Below, in pieces: positions 56,701 through 64,000 of a stretch of 64,000 bases of DNA. The notes beneath the pieces were generated by a model, which was not told the origin of the DNA, did not search any database, and saw nothing but the letters and a program-made list of their open reading frames with translations. Position 1 is the stretch's first letter. The number at the start of each line of letters is the position of its first letter. The position numbers and the translations under genes were made by a program. This DNA comes from the human T2T-CHM13v2.0 reference genome, Homo sapiens: NCBI RefSeq assembly GCF_009914755.1, contig NC_060928.1. The stretch is one strand, 5' to 3'.

Positions 56701-59015
56701 TGGTTATATTTTGTCTTCTGCTAGCTTTGGGGTTTATTTTTTTCTTGCTCCTTCAATTCTTTTAGTTGTGATATTAAGTTGTTAATTCAAGATCTTTCTA
56801 ACTTTTTGATGTGAGTGTTTAGTTCTATGAATTTCCCTCTTAACACTGCCTTAGCTATGTCCCAGAGATTCTGGTATGTTGTATCTTTGTTTTAATTAGT
56901 TTCAAAGAACTTCCTGATTTCTGCCTTAATTTCATTATTTGCCCAAAATTCATTCAGGAGCATGTTGTTTAATTTCCATGTAATGGTATGGATTTGAGTG
57001 ATTTTCACTGTGTTCACTTCTATTTTTATTGCACTGTGGTCTGAGAGAGTGTTTGGAATTACTTCGGTTCTTATACATTTGCTGAGGATTGTTTTATGTC
57101 CAGTATTCATTTTGACCTTGGAAAATCCGATGATTGTATATCTTGAGGATGATCTTCCATTGTAGAATCTTGTAGAAGGTCTCTGAATTTCCTGAATTTG
57201 ACTGTGGGCCTCTCTAGCAAGGTTGTGGAAGATTTTATGGATGATATTCTAAAATTCTGTTTTCCAAGTTGTTTGCTTTCTCCCTCTCCCTATCAGGGAT
57301 GCCAGTGATTCATAGATTTGGCCTCTTTACATAATTTCATACTTTTCAGAGGTTTTGTTCATTCCTTTTTATCCTTTTTTCTTTATTTTTATCTGACTTT
57401 TTTTCAGAAAGCCAGTATTTAAGTTCTTAGATTCTTTCCTCAGCTTGGTTTATTCTGCTGTTAATACTTGTGATTGCATTGTGAAATTCTTGTATTGTGT
57501 CATTCAGCTCTGTCAGACCCATTAGGTCTTTTTTACACCCACTATTTTGTCCTTCAGCTCCTGTATCATTTCATTGCAATTCTTACTTTCCTTCGACTGC
57601 GTTTTGTTTCAGAAGATTATCTCCTGAACCTTGATGATCTTCGTTTCTATCCATATTCTGAATTCTCTTTCTGACATTCCAGCCAGCTCAGCCCTGTTAA
57701 GAACTCTTGTTGCAAAACTGGTACAGTCATTTAGAGGACATATGACACTCTGGCCACTCGAGTTACTGGAGGTCTTGCATTGGTTCTTTTTCATCTCTCT
57801 GTGTGGGTGGTCCTTTAATTGTAATGTAGATTGAGTATAGTCAATAGACTTCTTTTTTGGATTTTTCACAGGCCAAGCCTTTGTGCAGGGTCTTTATTTG
57901 AAGCTGAGTTCTTCTCTTTGGTTTCAGAGGGGATTATATTAGTGGGTTATTATTGGTGTTGAAGCTTTAGGGTGTAATCTAGTAGGTAGCACTTAGGCAT
58001 ATTGGTCAGTTGGTAGACTCTTGCTCAGTTGTGTGGCTCCGCTGTTTCCTCACAGTTGCAGCTGTTCCCTCTAAATGCTCTGAGAGTGTGGATTCCTCTC
58101 CCTTTTGAGTGCTGGCTATAGATCAGGACTTGGCACTCCTGGGCTGCCCATTGCAGCTCTGGGGCGATCTCAGTGTTTATGTTCCTTTCCCAATTTGGAG
58201 AAAGCAGAAGAAGAAACCTTAGTAGTGGTTGTGGCCAAGGGTCTTTTGCTTGTCTTCTGGGTACTCCACCCCAGGGATACACAGGTCAGCAATTGCTCAG
58301 TGCAGTCAGCACAGGATGGAGGAACTGTTCTGTGGGTCAAGCTGGGGGTCCCCTGTCTGGTGACAAGCAGTGGAGGGTGGGAGGGACCTGTAAAGGACAG
58401 ACTAGCCTCCTCTTCTTAGGTTGACTGCACCTTGTTGGAGGTATGGATAAGGCACTTAGGGTCTTTACTCCTTCATTAATCTGAGGGTAGCAAGGGAATT
58501 TCTGAGGTAGTGGCAGAGAGGCTTTCATTTGCCCCTGGGGGCTCTGTCTAGGGAGGGAGTTGCAGAGCTTCTACTGGCTTGGTAGCCCTGCTGGGGGTAG
58601 GTGGGGGCTGGGCTGGAGGTCCAGTCCTGGAGAATCTGCCTGCTGAGGAGATATGGGAAAATGCACCTACCTAACAGTCTGGCCACTTTTCCATAGGGCT
58701 GCTGCAATATGCTGAGGGCCTACTCCAGTCCCTAGTCACCTCAAATGTTCCAGTATCTGGACGTATCAGCAGTGAAGGCTGAAAAACACAAAAGATAGTG
58801 GCCTGCCCCTCACTCTGGAAACACCTTCCGAGGGAGGCACAGACATGTTGCTGGCCTGAATGTGCCAGTAGGAGGTGGTTGAGACCCTAATTGGGAGGTC
58901 TTGCCCCATGAGGAGGAAAGAGATTCAAAAAGCAGTCTGGCCAGATTTTCGTAGAGCAGCTGTGCTGTGCTGGGAGTCCGCTTCAGGTCCCTGTTGCTTC
59001 AGATACTCCAAAGCC
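53766..59015 (-). mobile_element. L1PA13-like element: 3' UTR, ORF2, partial ORF1 and part of the 5' UTR
   Basis: 3' end gggggtacatgtgaagatttgttacataggtaaactc; ORF2 peptides ([19 protein letters not shown]); left TSD tttcttagtttt at 53754-65. Confidence 0.9.
54320..54364. mobile_element. Partial MADE1 (Hsmar1-derived MITE) inside L1 ORF2
   Basis: aattgcagttttt-aaaactgcaattagttttgcaccaaccgaata matches the mariner TIR; interrupts the L1 at ggtagttctgcttt|agttctttgagg. Confidence 0.8.
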
Positions 59016-62560
<3,545 letters not shown>

Positions 62561-62721
62561 GTTTCTTTTTTCCTTGGTTTTCATTTCTATGTTAGTCCCT
62601 TCGTTCAGTTGCAATGATGGTCTCAAATGGTAACAGTAGTAACTGCTGTAATGACGGTCTCAAGTAGTAACAATAATAACTGCTGAATGAAGGTCTCAAG
62701 TAGTTGTGGCAGTCAGCCACA
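62561..62721 (+). mobile_element. ERV solo LTR, 3' half
   Basis: Three ggtctcaa(g)tagtaac units; ends gtcagccaCA; right TSD aaatcc at 62722-27. Confidence 0.75.
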
Positions 62722-63952
62722 AAATCCCAAAGGCTGGAATGGCTAAGTTGCCCCAACAGCAAAGATGGTGGCCCACCCCGCCTTCTAGGAGCTTCGTCTC
62801 AGGGAGGTTTAAACTTCTGTCTGCTGGAGAACACTGGTGGGGGTAACTGGAGACCTCCATCAGGAGGTCTCACCCAGTGAGGAGGAATGGGATTGGAGAC
62901 CCACTTTAAAAAGCAGTTGGGCCACATTTTTGTAGAGCAACTGTGCTATACTGGGGGACTGTTTCCATTCCCAGTTGGCTTGGCTTCTCTGAAGCCCAAA
63001 GGCTGGAACAGGTAAATTGTCCAAACACCAAAGATGACAGCCGACCCCTTCTGCTGGGAGCTCTGTCCCAGGGAGGTCTGGAATCTCTGTCAGCCAGAAA
63101 ACATTGGCTGGGGTGGCTGGAGACCCTGGTTGGGAGATCCCACCCAGGGAGGAGGAACAGGATGGGGGACCTACTTAAAAAAAGCAGTCTGGCCACATTT
63201 TCATAGAGCATCTGTGCTGTACTAGAAGCTGCTTCTGCCCTCAGTCAGCTTGGGGTCTCCAAATCCTGAAGGCTGGAATGGCTAAGTTGCCCAAACAGCA
63301 AAGATGGCAGCTCACCCCTTCCACTGGGAGCTCTGTCTCATGGAGGCAAAATGCTGCTACCGGTGGCTGGCTGAAATTCCAAGCTAGCAGGTCTTATCCT
63401 GTGATGTGCCATGATAGTGGGGACTGCATACTGTTGCTGCAGCCCTCAGGACTCAGTCGCTTTTCTAGTGGTATGCACTGGGGTCTAAACTTCCACTTTG
63501 CCAGAGTTGCAGCTACTTTTGCTGGGAAGCTCGGAAAGCCTGGGTATCTAAGGACCCTGGGTCTCTGCGTGTGCCTGAGTGGCTGCTCTGCTGAGACTCC
63601 ATGTAGCTCTGTCTATCATACTAAAGGCCCTGATGGAGTGGGTTCACGAGGGGATCTCCTGACCCCAGGGTTGCAAAGATCTGTGGGAGAAGCCTGCCTT
63701 CCTGGGTTCACACATTCACTCACCACTTCCCTGGGAGGGGACGTTCCCCTGACTCTGTGTCACTCCTGGGTGGGCTGATGTTCTGCCTGGCTTTTCTCCA
63801 TTCTTCGTGGGTCAAGTTATTTTCTTGATTAGTCCAAATGCATGTACCTGGATGTTTCAGTTGAAGGTGCTGTATTTACTCACCCCCTCCATTCCTCTCC
63901 ATGGAGCCACACACATGAGCTGCTTCTAGTTGGCAATCTCGGCCACTCCCTC
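62722..63952 (-). mobile_element. L1PA13-like 5' UTR remainder and 5' end
   Basis: Continues ctccaaagcc|caaaggctgg from 59015; ends gcttctagttggcaatctcggccactccc; right TSD tttcttagtttt at 63953-64. Confidence 0.88.
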
Positions 63953-64000
63953 TTTCTTAGTTTTATATCAATCTAATCTATTGAGCTCATGATATTTAAT

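Noticed and set aside
62619-62705. Repeat-spacer-like array resembling a mini CRISPR
   Set aside because: The 'spacers' are themselves similar, so these are tandem units within an LTR; eukaryotic context with no cas genes.
63278-63778. 166-aa plus-strand ORF
   Set aside because: Lies antisense within the L1PA13-like 5' UTR; no recognisable domain.

Overview
AT-rich, repeat-dense primate (human-like) genomic DNA, either intergenic or inside a large intron. I recognise no intact protein-coding gene; the longer ORFs derive from L1, Alu, MaLR or microsatellite sequence. The most notable non-TE element is a ~2.1 kb processed retrocopy of the lncRNA NORAD (LINC00657) at ~11711-13837. It is inserted in an old L1M and has twin-priming (5'-inverted) geometry: the NORAD 3' end with its AATAAA is on the minus strand (11711-12750), and the adjacent upstream repeat units with PUMILIO elements and hairpins are on the plus strand (12751-13837). 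Other highlights: a full-length THE1C provirus; a full-length L1PA7-like element that keeps its YY1 site and an open ORF0-like frame; a nested stack (L1PA13-like > LTR > L1PA4-like, plus a MADE1 remnant) with all TSDs readable; and several candidate plus-strand non-coding exons. Family and subfamily names and the NORAD identity come from recalled consensus sequences, not a database search. Boundaries of old elements are approximate.
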